Origin: Octopus sinensis
Lineage: Eukaryota
DNA: 64,000 nt
Assembly (NCBI RefSeq): GCF_006345805.1
Contig: NC_043004.1
Location: 27,714,001-27,778,000 of the forward strand
Direction of reading: 5' to 3'
Under the pieces are notes generated by a model that was given only the letters and a program-made list of their open reading frames with translations, had not been told where the DNA came from and ran no database searches. Both the position numbers and the translations under genes were made by a program. Shown one piece after another: positions 27,398 to 38,781 of the stretch (the first letter of the stretch is position 1; each line of letters begins with the position of its first letter).

Positions 27398-30300
27398 ATG
27401 GAGTATTTGAGGACATATTGGGTAATATAATAAAACAACTCTAATCTAGCAAAAACCAAATGTATGTTTATAGCAATTTGTGTACATGTTCTCAGTAAGC
27501 TTTCTTATAAGAATTATTTTATCAGTCTGCCACTGGCTTCAATGACTGCTTTGATGCAAGACTGGAATTGGTGACATGCCTGTTCTAAATGGTCTTCATT
27601 CATTTCAAAGTCACCTGAAGAACAGCTTCAGTGAAGCTATGGTCTTGTAGGGATGTCGATTAGTCTCCCTTTCAACAATGCTCCAAACATTTTAGTCCAT
27701 GGGATTTGAATCCAGTAAGTTTGGAGGACACAAGTTTCATGTTACATGATCATAAAGATTGTCTAACTTCTATTCAGGGGTTACATGGACTTGGTGGGAA
27801 AGTGCTGAGCTCTGTTGAAACACATATGGCCTTCCACTGCATACTTCATCCATCCAGGATTTAACAACTGTCTCCAGCACCTCATTGTATCCAGCAGCAT
27901 TAATTCTAAGAAGTTGTGGAGGGATGTGAGTTGGCATGAAATGACTTTAATTATTCACTATTCCTAAAAAAAACAATCATAGTTACTAGCAACTTAGTGT
28001 GCATCACTCTGGAAACATTTGTAATTTCCCCTGTTAGACTTTTGATCTTGATCAAACTTTTATTCCTCAAAGAGGAACCAAAGCAGGTCAGGTTTGTGAA
28101 GATTTTTAACCTTGTTCAGTAATCACTTGATATAGATCAGATAGTTTGCCTGTGTCATTACAGACATGAAGTGGCCTCCCCTCAGTACATGTGACTTGTT
28201 TTCAATGCCCTCATGCACAGCAGTTCTCATAATCTACTGCATCACCAGAAGATCTTTATTGATTACCCTTATTGATTTTCTAGGATCATCATCAATAATG
28301 TTTTGAGCCTTTTGGATGAATTGCAGTGTCCCTATTGTGTCCAAACGTTTAGAATCTTATTTTTGTCTTTAATACAGCTGTATTGTTCTTGCTGGAAGCT
28401 TCCTTTTTCATCCAAACTATGTATAGAACAAAGATCTTGCCACATTTAGAAAGTTGGCAATTTATAAACTGCTTTGTTTCACACTCATGTGGCAACAATG
28501 GGTGCATGTCTTTTCATTTCCTGTGTTAGCATTTTATCTGCCATGAAGGATCTGAAAGAAATAAAAGCTTTGTAATTGGTTTGAAGAGAGTAATATACTG
28601 ATAATTAGGTTTCCTCAAGTACCCTTTGCACTCTGTATATTTGAGAGAGACTAGATTATACAGATCTCATAAAAATTTGATTGACTTAGATGAACTGAGG
28701 CAGCACATTCTTAGTTCATCATAATTAGTTATTTAATCATTGAGGGCATACAGTGATTCAGCAGGTAATCTCACAAGCATGCTTGTGTGTGTAAATATTC
28801 TCATTTCATATCCCTTTTCTATGGTGGTAAATTTGGATGAGCCATAACAATACAAGTTCACTCTTATCCAGAGTTATTGCTCTCACAGTTGGTTCAGGAG
28901 TCCATGTCTTGTTTGTAATTGATAAATTTGGTCAACTGGATGTCCATCCTATCATGTTCACTTTAAAAGACATTTACCCAAAGTGTCATACAGTAGAATT
29001 GAACCTAGAACCATATGGTTTTGGAACAGACTTCTTAATCCCCATGAAATAGATAGCACTAATATAATATGAGCAGTGATTCCCTTCTGTTATGAAGATA
29101 CAAGAAATACATCCAATATCTTTTTATCTTATGAATATGTTCAAATAATTGTTTAATCATAAAATCTGTACTCTTCTGACATTTTATGTGGATACAGACA
29201 TGAATTTTAACACTTTCCTTGCCATATTTTTAATTAAATATGTGTTTCACTTAATTGTGAAGATAACCAGGCATTTGGAGGGGTTTAGTAAACTAGCTAT
29301 TTCATTTTTTTTAACAGAAGATTGTCCCATAAAATGAGAATGAATGATTTTATTTTAGATAAGAAGAGAAAAGTTTTGGATCAGAATTAGGAGTGGATTA
29401 ATTTAGAATGCTCTTATGGAGCTACAGCTTAATATGAAGCTGGGGGTGAGAGATTTATATTTTTTAGCATGTATTGGCAGCTAAGTATTAGTAAAATTTA
29501 AAAACTTTTTGTTATTTTCATATTCTTTTAGGTATTGTCCGAATAATTTATGAATACCACAGAGTTACAATTGATAAGGCAAAAATAAGACAAAGAACCG
29601 TTGTGATACTTACTCCACTCCCAAGTAAGTCTGTTAACTTTTACTTTATTTGTTTTGGCTTTTTGTAATTATTGTCTCATTTTAGCAAACTTGATTCGTT
29701 TCCTTTACATTTGTATGTCACCTTTGTGTCTGTAAAGTGTATCTTGAAACCACTCTGAAGAAAATTCTCATTGTGTTGGTGTGAAACTTAGTTACCTTTG
29801 GGTTGGTGATGGAAGTTGTTTTACTAATTCTTTCCTCTGGGCATTGGTGATGCAAGAATTTGAAATCCATCCATATTGAGATTATCACATTAGATTGAAT
29901 TAAGTAATGGCTTACAGCACTAAAGGCTCTTCTAACCTGTGTTAGAAGTGAATCCTATGATAAATATAACGATGGACTAAGTTATTGATATAGCAATTTA
30001 GTCAAGATCCAATAGTAATCATGACTTATACCCTTAGGAAACATACTTAGTTCTTGCATAATTTAGTATTTCATCTCTTTTCTTTTTACTATTCAATTAA
30101 TCCTGTTGATGGAAGTTTCATCACTTGGTCCAAAGTCACCTCTCACAATACTACTTTGCCTGTCCTGTAGAGGGATCTTATCTGGCAAGTTATACTTGGT
30201 GATATCACAGCTGCTGGTGCCACAGAAAAATCACCCAGTACAAATTGTAAAGTGGTTGGCATTAGGGAGGGCATCCAGCCATAGAGACCATGCCCGTGCA

Positions 30301-32397
30301 GACAGCATAGCTTGGCACAGTTTTCTGACTTGCCAGCTGCTGTCACACCATCCAACCCATACCAGCATGATAGAAAGACATTTAATGATGATAATGATTA
30401 ATTCTTTACTTGACAAGCAATCACATAATTAATTTCATTGGCAATCACACAGTATAGAACATAATGTATTAGGTATTTTTTACTATTCTTTATTCCTCCT
30501 TTCAGGATTGTTTATTTATTTGTTTCTTTGTTTTGTTGAAACACGTTTTGAGAGTACATGATGAAGAAAAGAGACTATTGTAATTTTGAACCTTCTTATC
30601 ATATGTTAACAACTACCATGTACTATCTTGTATATAGAACCATATTTAGCCTTGTTAGGATGGTGTAACATTAAAAGCACGACATAATGCCAATAACCGA
30701 GACCTCTAGCATTATGTCATTCTTCAGAAGACCCATCAAACTGAGCAAAATGGCAGATGTGGCTGATACTGGAGTCACGCAAATGGCACCTATTCCAGTG
30801 GCATGTAAAAGCACCCATTACACTCTCTGAGTGGTTGACATTAGGAAGGGCATCTAGCCATAGAAAACCATGCCAAATCAGACTGGAGAATGGTGCAGCT
30901 TTCCAGCTTACTAGCCCTGGTCAAACTGTCCAACCCATACCAGCATGAACAACGGACGTTAAATGATGATATTGATAATGATATAAAATATATTGAATCA
31001 TTGTAAAAAAAAAAATGGCATAATCATAGCTGGAATATCCTTATCTTAGGCCTGCTGATCCGGGGCTTACCTGAGATTATCAGCAACAGTAACTGTCTAT
31101 TGTAAGGGCGCAGTAATGATATTTAAATTGCTGTTGTTTGGTTCCAGGATAAGCCTCAATGAGTAGACTTTTGATCAAAATACCCCACCATTGACTTTCC
31201 TATCTTTCTTATAGATATTTTAAACTATATTATCTAATGTACCTGATCCTTACGTAAGACAGCAGGGTGTGATTTACAACTCCATTGGGACTTCCCTGTT
31301 GGGATTAATTGTTTTTCATTGATATTTTTCAGGTAGTGCCTATAAACTTCAGCTGTCAAGGGGATCAACGATGGGAGAGACATTGTTCACGTCCCACTTG
31401 TTTTTAATGATACAAGTGGTACAGAATGATATGTCCATAGCTAGGAATTGAAACCATGCCCTATTCTTGATGATTTTGATGGGATAGCACCTTAGTGGCC
31501 CTTACTAATATTACTGGAATTCTTGCTCTGGTCCTTGGGTGGAATTGAGTGTGGCACTACAACGTGATGTTGGGTAGTGTTCCTCAATAGTGTCTCATTA
31601 CCGTTGGACGGTTCAAGATTTTGAGAGTGATGTACCTTTTTATTAACACACTGATCTGTGCAAGATGATAATATAAAGTTTTGATCCTTCAACCAAAATG
31701 GTCACTTATTAACTTGGTCATTTGTGATTCTCACTGTAACATATCTTTAATACACACTGTAGTACACAAGTTCACATCACTTGTCTCTAAGTCTGCAGTG
31801 ATAGCTCAGTCATGGGAACCACCATTAATACATTAAAAGTTCTTAGTTTATCTGATGAGATTTGATCTCAAAACATAAAGCAGTGATAGTACTGGGAATT
31901 CTTTAGTCTGATTAGCAACCAGCTTTGGTCATTCACTCTGTAAGAAATAGCAGTCAAATCTTTCCTCAGACTACTATCTTGAGACAAAAATACATTGAAT
32001 AATATAGTCTTACTTGCACTATACTTGTAAGTAATAACTGGAATAACTTTGATTATAAGCCTGCTCAAGCCTGGGCTAAACAACAACTAATGTGAATATA
32101 TATAGACAGATTGAATTAATGAAATGTATGAAGCCCATTGTTAATGATATTTCTACAAAATAATTGATATGTATTTGTTTCTTGTTAGCCATTAATTATT
32201 ATCCTAGTAATTTTTTATTTATTGGTTAATATTTTTTTTTTCTTCTTTGCCTAGCCTGTAACCTTGCTGAAGATTGCCAAACATGTTTCACTCAGAAAAG
32301 CAACTTTTCCTGTAGATGGTGTTCAACTTTGCAACGGTGTTCCAATGGTATAGACTGGCACAGACAGTCATGGATTGCAAATAACTGTAATAGTGTT
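2922..32397 (+). CDS. PLXDC2: Plexin domain-containing protein (PLXDC1/PLXDC2-like), 8 internal exons, partial at both ends
   Basis: Exons 2922-3044, 4566-4635, 11479-11601, 22627-22686, 25608-25672, 26318-26411, 29532-29624, 32255-32397 all have GT-AG flanks and compatible phases; total 771 nt = 257 codons with no stop. Motifs LTATQYIAPLMANFD, NHPVKIGLSDA, IYEYHRV, LTPLPTC and the PSI cysteine pattern match PLXDC as I recall it. An invertebrate gene is probably co-orthologous to PLXDC1 and PLXDC2. Confidence 0.93.
4566..4635 (+). CDS. PLXDC2: PLXDC-like exon B (70 nt, phase 0-1)
   Basis: tttctcAG acceptor, GTAAGT donor; PVKINFKFKFFGHTVVNLTIATG(G) matches the RVNLSFDFPFYGH...ITVATGG pattern. 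Confidence 0.92.
5110..5390 (-). mobile_element. Octopus-type tRNA-derived SINE (second family), 5'-truncated
   Basis: Reverse complement of the 6191-6625 family (gaccccaggacttattg...ggcttctttcagttt). Confidence 0.75.
6191..6625 (+). mobile_element. Full-length tRNA-derived SINE with internal (TA/TG)n tract and (GA)n tail
   Basis: Head GGAGTGGCTGTGTGG...GGTTCCGGGTTCAGTCCC (A/B-box-like), body ccaaagccttgtgagtggatttggtagacggaaactgaaagaagc, 3' end gtcaaatgactgaaacaagtaaaagag; closely related to 13521-13905. Confidence 0.85.
6900..7900. repeat. Compound (TA)n/(TG)n/(CATG)-rich microsatellite region
   Basis: Visible dinucleotide and mixed runs at 6896-6921 and about 7230-7900; the ORFs here are low-complexity artefacts. 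Confidence 0.8.
7960..9400 (-). mobile_element. Penelope-like retroelement remnant (GIY-YIG endonuclease plus decayed RT)
   Basis: ORF 8076-8480(-) CRTRNVVYSIKC...YIGETSRSIAERLNEH is a GIY-YIG motif; the C-terminal ILSKHPKDPTLRQIQEYVLI continues in another frame (7970-8152). Upstream reading is broken by stops. Confidence 0.82.
9480..9665 (-). mobile_element. Partial copy of the piggyBac-type MITE seen at 38561-38781
   Basis: gccagatccagccagtttgaacataaaacaggtagaata is the reverse complement of that element's interior. Confidence 0.6.
11107..11275. repeat. Degenerate minisatellite, about 4 units of 45-50 bp
   Basis: Recurring tggctggttgaaact(g/a)(g/a)ttt...ttttttt motif. Confidence 0.55.
11479..11601 (+). 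CDS. PLXDC2: PLXDC-like exon C (123 nt, phase 1-1)
   Basis: ttttatAG acceptor, GTAAGC donor; (G)FLYMSPFLHKWLTATQYIAPLMANFDTSIGKGSEIRILDT, containing the hallmark LTATQYIAPLMANFD. Confidence 0.95.
13521..13905 (+). mobile_element. Full-length tRNA-derived SINE (same family as 6191-6625)
   Basis: Same head, body and tail motifs with internal (TG)n. Confidence 0.85.
14750..15240 (-). mobile_element. CR1/L2-like LINE RT 3' fragment, decayed
   Basis: Minus-strand NLVIHIDSQMKF (cf. DLGVxIDxxLxF) and SEYGNIIWRPHL (cf. LEYxxxVWSPHL). Confidence 0.5.
15665..17300 (-). mobile_element. HERO-like (R2/NeSL group) non-LTR retrotransposon remnant with restriction-like endonuclease
   Basis: Minus-strand KCGRKWKAQETVKEVETYWKHQEIVG, ALGEGQYKWRHDKVL and TDMFLLSKNTKTIIAVELTAPREGR...EVGC match the RLE-type C-terminal motifs (WRHD, PD..E..P, EVG); frameshifted. 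Confidence 0.72.
17745..18265 (+). mobile_element. Gypsy LTR retrotransposon 3' fragment (integrase C-terminus, PPT, start of 3' LTR)
   Basis: PYNGPYQVI..GDKTFQL...QDTVSIDRMKPAH in ORF 17656-17952; purine tract ctggtgggggag at 18061-18072 followed by TGTAGGG at 18076. The LTR right end is approximate. Confidence 0.72.
21276..21961 (-). mobile_element. Internally deleted mariner (DD34D-like) element
   Basis: Minus-strand KNWMFHDDNALCHQAL (mariner HDNA motif); imperfect TIRs caaggtggtatcagtaagttcctggact at left and caaggtgatatc------ctggact (reverse complement) at right. Confidence 0.68.
22438..22592 (+). mobile_element. SINE/LINE 3' tail family ending in (GAT)n
   Basis: ggcgttaggaagggcatccagc...ccaacccatgctagcatggagaacggacgttaaac(gat)n; related copies near 6040-6115, 23300-23462, 30255-30390, 30800-30980 and inverted near 34740-34900, 40490-40700, 44340-44440. 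Confidence 0.7.
22627..22686 (+). CDS. PLXDC2: PLXDC-like exon D (60 nt, phase 1-1)
   Basis: ttttcAG acceptor, GTGAGG donor; (E)NMFVVHWKNVHLHDQKSSK matches the LVVQWDHVHLQD pattern. Confidence 0.9.
24800..25229. mobile_element. 430-bp MITE with 17-bp perfect (about 30-bp imperfect) TIRs
   Basis: GGATCTTTTCGGTTTGA at 24800 and its exact reverse complement ending at 25229; no clear TSD. Confidence 0.78.
25608..25672 (+). CDS. PLXDC2: PLXDC-like exon E (65 nt, phase 1-0)
   Basis: ttctctttacAG acceptor, GTGATC donor; (D)DSFNFQVILLKNGTIKFVYKK matches the [20 protein letters not shown] pattern. Confidence 0.88.
26318..26411 (+). CDS. PLXDC2: PLXDC-like exon F (94 nt, phase 0-1)
   Basis: cttccAG acceptor, GTAAGT donor; LPISPYFISSQNHPVKIGLSDAYYIDKKGDS(G). 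Confidence 0.93.
26698..26823. mobile_element. 126-bp Tc1/mariner-type MITE
   Basis: Perfect 29-bp TIRs CAGGGTGTCCACAAAGTCTGGGTACATGG / reverse complement, with TA on both sides (26696-97, 26824-25). Confidence 0.9.
27530..28560 (-). mobile_element. Decayed maT (DD37D-like) mariner transposase remnant
   Basis: Minus-strand AAGYNEVLETVVKSWMDEVCSGRPYVFQQSSA...CPPNLLDSNPMD*NVWSIVERE; several stops. Confidence 0.68.
29532..29624 (+). CDS. PLXDC2: PLXDC-like exon G (93 nt, phase 1-1)
   Basis: ttcttttAG acceptor, GTAAGT donor; (G)IVRIIYEYHRVTIDKAKIRQRTVVILTPLP. Confidence 0.92.
32255..32397 (+). CDS. PLXDC2: PLXDC-like exon H, PSI domain (143 nt, phase 1-0)
   Basis: tctttgcctAG acceptor, GTAAGT donor; (T)CNLAEDCQTCFTQKSNFSCRWCSTLQRCSNGIDWHRQSWIANNCNSV has the C..CxxC..CxWC..C..W..C PSI pattern. 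Confidence 0.94.
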
Positions 32398-33239
32398 GTA
32401 AGTTGAGACTATTTTTCTACCGTGTATGTGTCACTGAAATTTAATGTCTTCACAGAATCAAAATTCGAGCATTTCTGTGGATCAAGACATTAGCAGGGAT
32501 CTGTGAATATGTGCATCAGTGTGTGCATGTATGCAGGTGTATGTGCGAATATTCTTGCGCTCATCAAATGGATGAATATGTTCCTTTGGTACATGATTGT
32601 GTACAGTTTATGTATGTGTATTTGTAATATACACATACATATGACTGTATACATTCAATGCTTTACAAATTTTTATTGTATTACAAATCAGTTGTATTTG
32701 GAGAATGTGAAATTGCTTTGTTTTTTTCTATTCTTGGCATTTCTAAGATTTTATGAAAATCTGTTATGTAGCCCATTTGTACCTATGATAGCAGGTACAA
32801 ATGAAAATCATACTCTGGTTATTAGAGCTGTAAGTTTCTCATCATTATGTAGATGTTCTTTCCTTCAACTTTTGGTGACACATTTGTATCTGCTAGGCAG
32901 CCGACTGTTATAACAGTGCATAATTTTTTATCTGTTGTCCCACAGAGCAATATCTAGTTTTGGTGTTTACACTAGAGTGCTGTTTTTTTTATTGGAAAAA
33001 CACTAGTAATATTTAGTTTTTAAAAGTGTGGAAAAATTTTGATTCTGGTGTACCTTTGGTACTCCTACCAGGAAATACTTCATGCAGATAGCTTTGTAGT
33101 TGGTTTTAGTGACAGTATCAAGTCTCATGGAAAGGTAGTACCTTGTAGAAATTTTTGGAGAGCCTGCTGATGATGTGGGTAATATCTTCTACACTGGAGT
33201 GACACAATCAAGATTTTAGATACCTCTAAATCTCCATGT

Positions 33240-33697
33240 TGTGGATTCTTAGAAGCATTGAGATAATTCTCTTTTTTTTCATTGTTCCTTCAATTTGAAT
33301 TAATTTTCCAGTGCCTTTAGCATAAAAATAGCTCCACAACATTATGCTGCCTCCACTATGTTTGATGGTAGGATTAATATTCTTCAGATTGTAGGCTTCT
33401 CCTCTTTCCCTCCAAACAGTTGCTCTATTATTGTGACTGAATAACTTAAGTTTAGACCACAGAACAGATTGCCAAAATCATTCAAGCTCCTTCAGAAAGT
33501 TCCCAGTAAACTTCAGATGAGCAGTTAAGTGCTTCTTCTTCAACAATGATGGCATGTCTTCAAGCCACTGATATTTAGAGTTCAAGTAGTTGTTGACCCT
33601 CACATGAACTCCTATAGCTGTCAAATTGGCATTCATCAATGCAGTTGTTATCTTACGATCATTGTTCTGCAGAGATCTTCTTTTTTTCTGCATCCAT
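33240..33697 (-). mobile_element. Tc1 (DD34E-type) transposase fragment
   Basis: Minus-strand FWQSVLWS--KLKLFSHNNRATVWRERGEAYNLKNINPTIKHSGGSIMLW matches the Tc1 VLWSDE...PTVKHGGGS motif, with the first catalytic D deleted. Confidence 0.8.
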
Positions 33698-34146
33698 TTT
33701 CATTTTCCAACAAATTGTCTGGCAACAGGACTCTGCACCATGCCACACAAGCAGGAGAACCCAATCATGGCTGTCAGACAATTTTTGTGACCATATCACC
33801 CCTAACATCTGGCCACCTAACTCCCCAAACTGCAACCCCCTTGATTATTATGTGTGGGGTGCAGTTGAGTGAGAGCCCCAAAAAACGCTTTGTAATACCA
33901 AAGATGAACTGATTATGGCAGCATTCACCAACTTAAACAAGGAGACCTTCCAGAAGAGTTGCAGGAGATTCCGAAGTCGTCTGGAGACTGTGTTTGAAGC
34001 CAATGGCGATTTTATTGAATAAATTTACTCTTTAGTATTTCGAGATAATTTTTATGTAATTTTGGTAAATATATCTGTTAAAATGAGATGTCAGTGTTAT
34101 TTTCAATTTTGCATAATTTAGATGACAATATATTCATCGTACCCTG
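33698..34146 (+). mobile_element. maT/mariner 3' fragment ending at a TIR-like end plus TA
   Basis: WQQDSAPCHTSRRTQSWL...WPPNSPNCNPLDYYVWGAVE (ORF 33639-33872); ends ...catcgtaccctg|TA. Confidence 0.8.
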
Positions 34147-36344
34147 TATATGTGTATATACATCTATCTATCTAAATATCCGTCCGTCCGTCCGTCCATC
34201 CATCCATCCATCCATCCATCTATCTATCTATCTATCTATCCGTCCATCCATCTATATATGTGTGTGTGTGTGTGTGTGTATGTATACATATATATGTATA
34301 TATACTTAACATGTGTACATGTATGTTAAATCTATATGTGAGTGTGTCAATGTAATGCAGGTGAATAAGTTGTAACATTGCCTGCAAGATTCAAATGCAG
34401 CATCTGTAAAAACTGTGTAAATTTGCATTAGGTTAAACATTGCTCTTATTTGCATCAGCTAATATTTCATCAAATCTACTTAATTTAGATTTTTGGTGTA
34501 AGTCAGTGTGAACAGCTGACACATCTATTGATGAAGCTGTGTTGTCTCTGTCTCTACCTCCTACATTTTGCTGTCTTACATCACCAGAATTATAAGATAT
34601 TTATCTTCCAGAACAAAACATCCATTTCAACATACTTTGATTATCTCAACTGCTGCAGCATATTTACTGTAATTCTCAGCCTGAAATCTAACCTGTGTTC
34701 TTGTTACATTTCCTGCTAGTCTTTTGTTTGCACCTCATATCATCATCATCATCATTATCATTATCATTTAACATCCATGTTCCAGTTGGCATGAGCTGGA
34801 TAATTTGACAGGATCCATTAAGTCTGAGAACTGCATTGTGCTCAAGTGTCTACTTTGGCATGGTTTACTATAGTTGGGTGCCTTTATTAATGCCAACACT
34901 TTTCCGTATATGAACTGTAAATGGTCAATTTAGAATATCTCATTCTTCTACTCCTTACAAAAAAAAAAATGTATACCGTGTTTCACTTTCTGTTGAGAAA
35001 TGTGTTACATTGATATATAACCTCCTCAAAACGTAATTTAACCCTTACTCTTTTGCACCTCCCAGCCTGTTTCATCTTTTTAAAATTCTTTGTATGCATT
35101 TGTATTTTTATTTATTTAATTTTACACTGCCTCTTACCTAAGTACATATCTCCTGTGTGTAGCATTATCTCGTAATCTTTCAGATTATTTAATGTGTCTT
35201 CTTTTTTCTGTCTGATATGATAAAGAAACACAGAATTACAGGTTTATTGTTTAACTTCACTCACTCTTCCACACTTTCTTGTTGCACAGAATGTAAATGA
35301 ATTAAAGAGAAGCACATTCATTACAATAAATTTTGTTTACTGTATCATTTGTTTTTGGCTCCAATGTTAGTCTCTCTGGCTGGATATTTAATAGATAACC
35401 ACCTGGTTGATTGATTTGCTAAGATTGATGTTAGAAATAACCTACCAATTTGAACCAATTCAAACTGCAAATGTCATGGACACTTGGTTGTCTTGTTCCT
35501 TAGTGACACTGTTGTACTGTCTCTGTCAACTATAACTTCAGACCAACGTCACTGGCTTTTCATAGAATGGTGCTTTTCACAGAATGGTGCTTATAATCAG
35601 TCACAATACCTGGCTTATACTTGATTCTCTATCAACCTTCCATATTTCCAATTTGCTTGCTGAATACATCAGTTCATATGTTCATATATTCTCTTCAGTA
35701 TCAATAATATTAATATGCTACCTTGTTCTTTTTGTACTTACCTGTGGTATGTGTCACACTTACTTCAAAGGAAGAAGTGAGTGGCAAAGCGAATACCCCT
35801 AACTACTGAGCCATGCACCTTCACTCTCTTAAGAAAAGGAGTGAAACGATAGAGAAAGAAAGCGTCAGTCATTCACAAGGACAGACTGAAATACGATTGA
35901 TCTTTTCAAGCTTCTTTATTTTTAACAATGAAGAAGAGGGAAAGACTTTTAGTAATGAATAGAGAGAAAGTCTTTCAGGTGTTTACATTTATATTCTGGA
36001 AGTTCTAGAATGATCGACTGTTAGTTCTCTCTTCTTTCCCCAACCCCTGGTACTTATCGCCTTCTTTCATAGTTCTTTGTCTTTTAGTTAGGGAGAAAGA
36101 GCATGCTTTTTTTTTTTTTCAGGCTTGTTTAACATTTTCTCTACAAACTACAAACAAGCCCCGCTCCCTTCCTTTTTTTTTTCCATACAAAAACTAATGC
36201 AAATTTCAAACAGGATATAGCTGTGAAAAGAGCCCAGAAAATTAGGTAATAGCACCCTACAAAATAGGTGGGGGAGAAAAAAGTTGCCAACAGGTGGCTA
36301 TACGAAATTCAGCTCTATACTTTAAAGAGTGTAGACTATAGTAG

Positions 36345-36680
36345 ACTATAGCCTCGAGCCGACCAGAGCCTCGTGAGTGAATTTGGTAGACGGAAACTGA
36401 AAGAAGCCTGTCATATATGTGTGTGTGTGTGTGTGTGTGTACATGTATATATTATTTTTTTTTAGTGTGTGTGTTTGAGTGTGTATTTGTCCCACCAGCA
36501 CCACCATTATTTGACAACTGATGTTAGTGTGTTTGCATCCTTGTAACTTAGCTGTTCAACAGAAGAGACTGATAGAATAAGCACCAGGCTTACAGGGACT
36601 AAGTTCAGGGGTCGATTTCTTTGACTATAGAGCGGTACTCCAGCATGGCTACCATCAAATGACTGAAACAAATGACAGAA
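36345..36680 (+). mobile_element. 5'-truncated tRNA-derived SINE (6191 family)
   Basis: ctatagcctcgagccgaccagagcctcgtgagtgaatttggtagacggaaactgaaagaagc body and 3' motifs. Confidence 0.75.
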
Positions 36681-38560
36681 TACCAGATGAACGTTCCATA
36701 ATACTGAACAAAGAAGGTTCTTTGAATATGTACAATGTATTTTAAGACTAAATAGTAATTCTATTTACATTTGCATAACTGCAGTTTTACACTTCTTTTT
36801 ATATTCTGTAACTGTCACAGAATATTTCTCACGGCACCAACAATTTACAGAAGCTTACTTTGTTTCCATGAATTTTTCACAGGCCCAGCTAGTTTATATG
36901 ATTATATAAATTTCCCCATTCCTGAGATACTAAATTGTCAAGATATGCAGTTCTCATCCTGGTTTGAAATAAAGACCATGAGTAATAACAGCTTGCCACT
37001 ATAGCAGTATTGACTTCATGCTGTGACTATATCTTAGAACAGTCCAGCAGACTGACTTACAGGAAGAGGAAGTGTTTGTAGGTATCCTTAGGATCTACCA
37101 GAGGAAGTCTATTCTGGTACCACCTTGAGAGAATATGTTCTGAGGCATGCAATTACTACTAGGACACTATTTTCCACTTTATTATCTTAGTAGGTAGGAC
37201 TTAATCTGTGCTCCCTTCTCCTCTCTCCCTCTTATTTCAGCTGCTTCACTGTTACTTCCAGTCATTCATACTATCTTAGATAAACTATGCCAAAATTAGT
37301 TTTTAATTTTAGGTAATATTACCTTGTGTTAAATCCTGATTTAATATCTATATTCCGTGCTAGCATTGGTTAGATGATTTAACAATATCCGACAGGTCCA
37401 AAAACTGCATCATGTTCCTATGTCAACATTCACATGATTTCTATGACTCAGCCATTTTACAATATGTACTGAGTGCTTTTTCTATGCACTCACACTTGTG
37501 ATGTTGCTATGCAGCTAGGAGAACTTAAGATCCTCTTTGACCAAGTGGAACTTCAGTGTGTTAGGAGATGAGAGTTTAAAGTATGAGAGAAAGTGGCTAG
37601 AACAGAACACATCTTTTACTGTAGGGGAGCAATATGACTGCACTCATTACAGAAAAGCGGGTGAGAGAGACAACAATAGTGTTGATGAAGTGCCAGGGTT
37701 GGCCTTTAAAATGTCTGTGGTAAGTAGAAGTGAGTGGAGAAAAGAGAACAAGGTTACAGGTACAACCTAGCTGTTCTGTCATTCTAAAGGAAAAAGAAAA
37801 TATAAATTATTTCTTCACCCTAAGTAGTGTCACCAAAATGTAGCCGGGTCTTTATACATCAAAGAAATAATTTTTGTACAGTCTTTGATATATCAGCAAC
37901 ATTTATTTTTTGTGTGAGTTGAAACACTGAATCATTTAAGTGGATGAGTCAAGACAGAGAATCAATCAGGTTTGAGAATGAGTCAAGATGATGGAGAAGT
38001 CTTGTTGGTGAATGAATCAAATTAGTGAATCGTATTTGTTTCATTTATGGAATAAATCACAACCTTCTGCTTTAAGAAAAAAAAAATACATTAGGTAATG
38101 TCATTATCATCATCGTTATTTTAATGTCCACTTTTCCATGCTTGTGTGGAGAAGATGACATTTCTTGAGGCAGATTTTCTATGGTTAGATTCCCTTTCTC
38201 TCACCAATCCTTACCTGTTTTCAAGCATAGTTTACATCTCCATGTGACTAGACATGTTTTTGCAGAACATTAGAAACAAATGACACTCATTTACAGCAAT
38301 CACACACTTTCAAGACAAGGAGTCACAAATGTACACACACATATGTATGTATGTATGTACATAGGTATGACAGGCTTCTTTTAGTTTCTGTCTACTTTCA
38401 GTTTCAATCTACTCACAAGGCTTTGGTTTGCGCAGGTGCTTCGCAGTGAGACTGAACTAAAAACCATGTGGTTGGGAAGCAAACTTCTTAACCATGCCTG
38501 CATCTATATAATGTAGCCCTGAATGTGCACAATTACAGGCTGATCAATTCTGAACTTTAA

Positions 38561-38781
38561 CCCTTTAGCATTTAAACCGGCCATATCTGGCCAAAAGCAT
38601 TCTGCCTGTTTTATGTTCAAACTGGCCAGATCTGGTCTCTCACACTGACCCTACAATATTGTTTTAAAAGTTAACAGCTACCTCATCAAAATCTCAAAAC
38701 TACAAGATAATGCCTGATTAGTTCAAAACAATGTGAATGAAAAAGCATTAATTTTAGCAGAATAATGTGAACACTAAAGGG
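38561..38781. mobile_element. piggyBac-type MITE (221 bp)
   Basis: TTAA on both flanks (38557-60, 38782-85); termini CCCTTTAG...CTAAAGGG. Confidence 0.85.
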
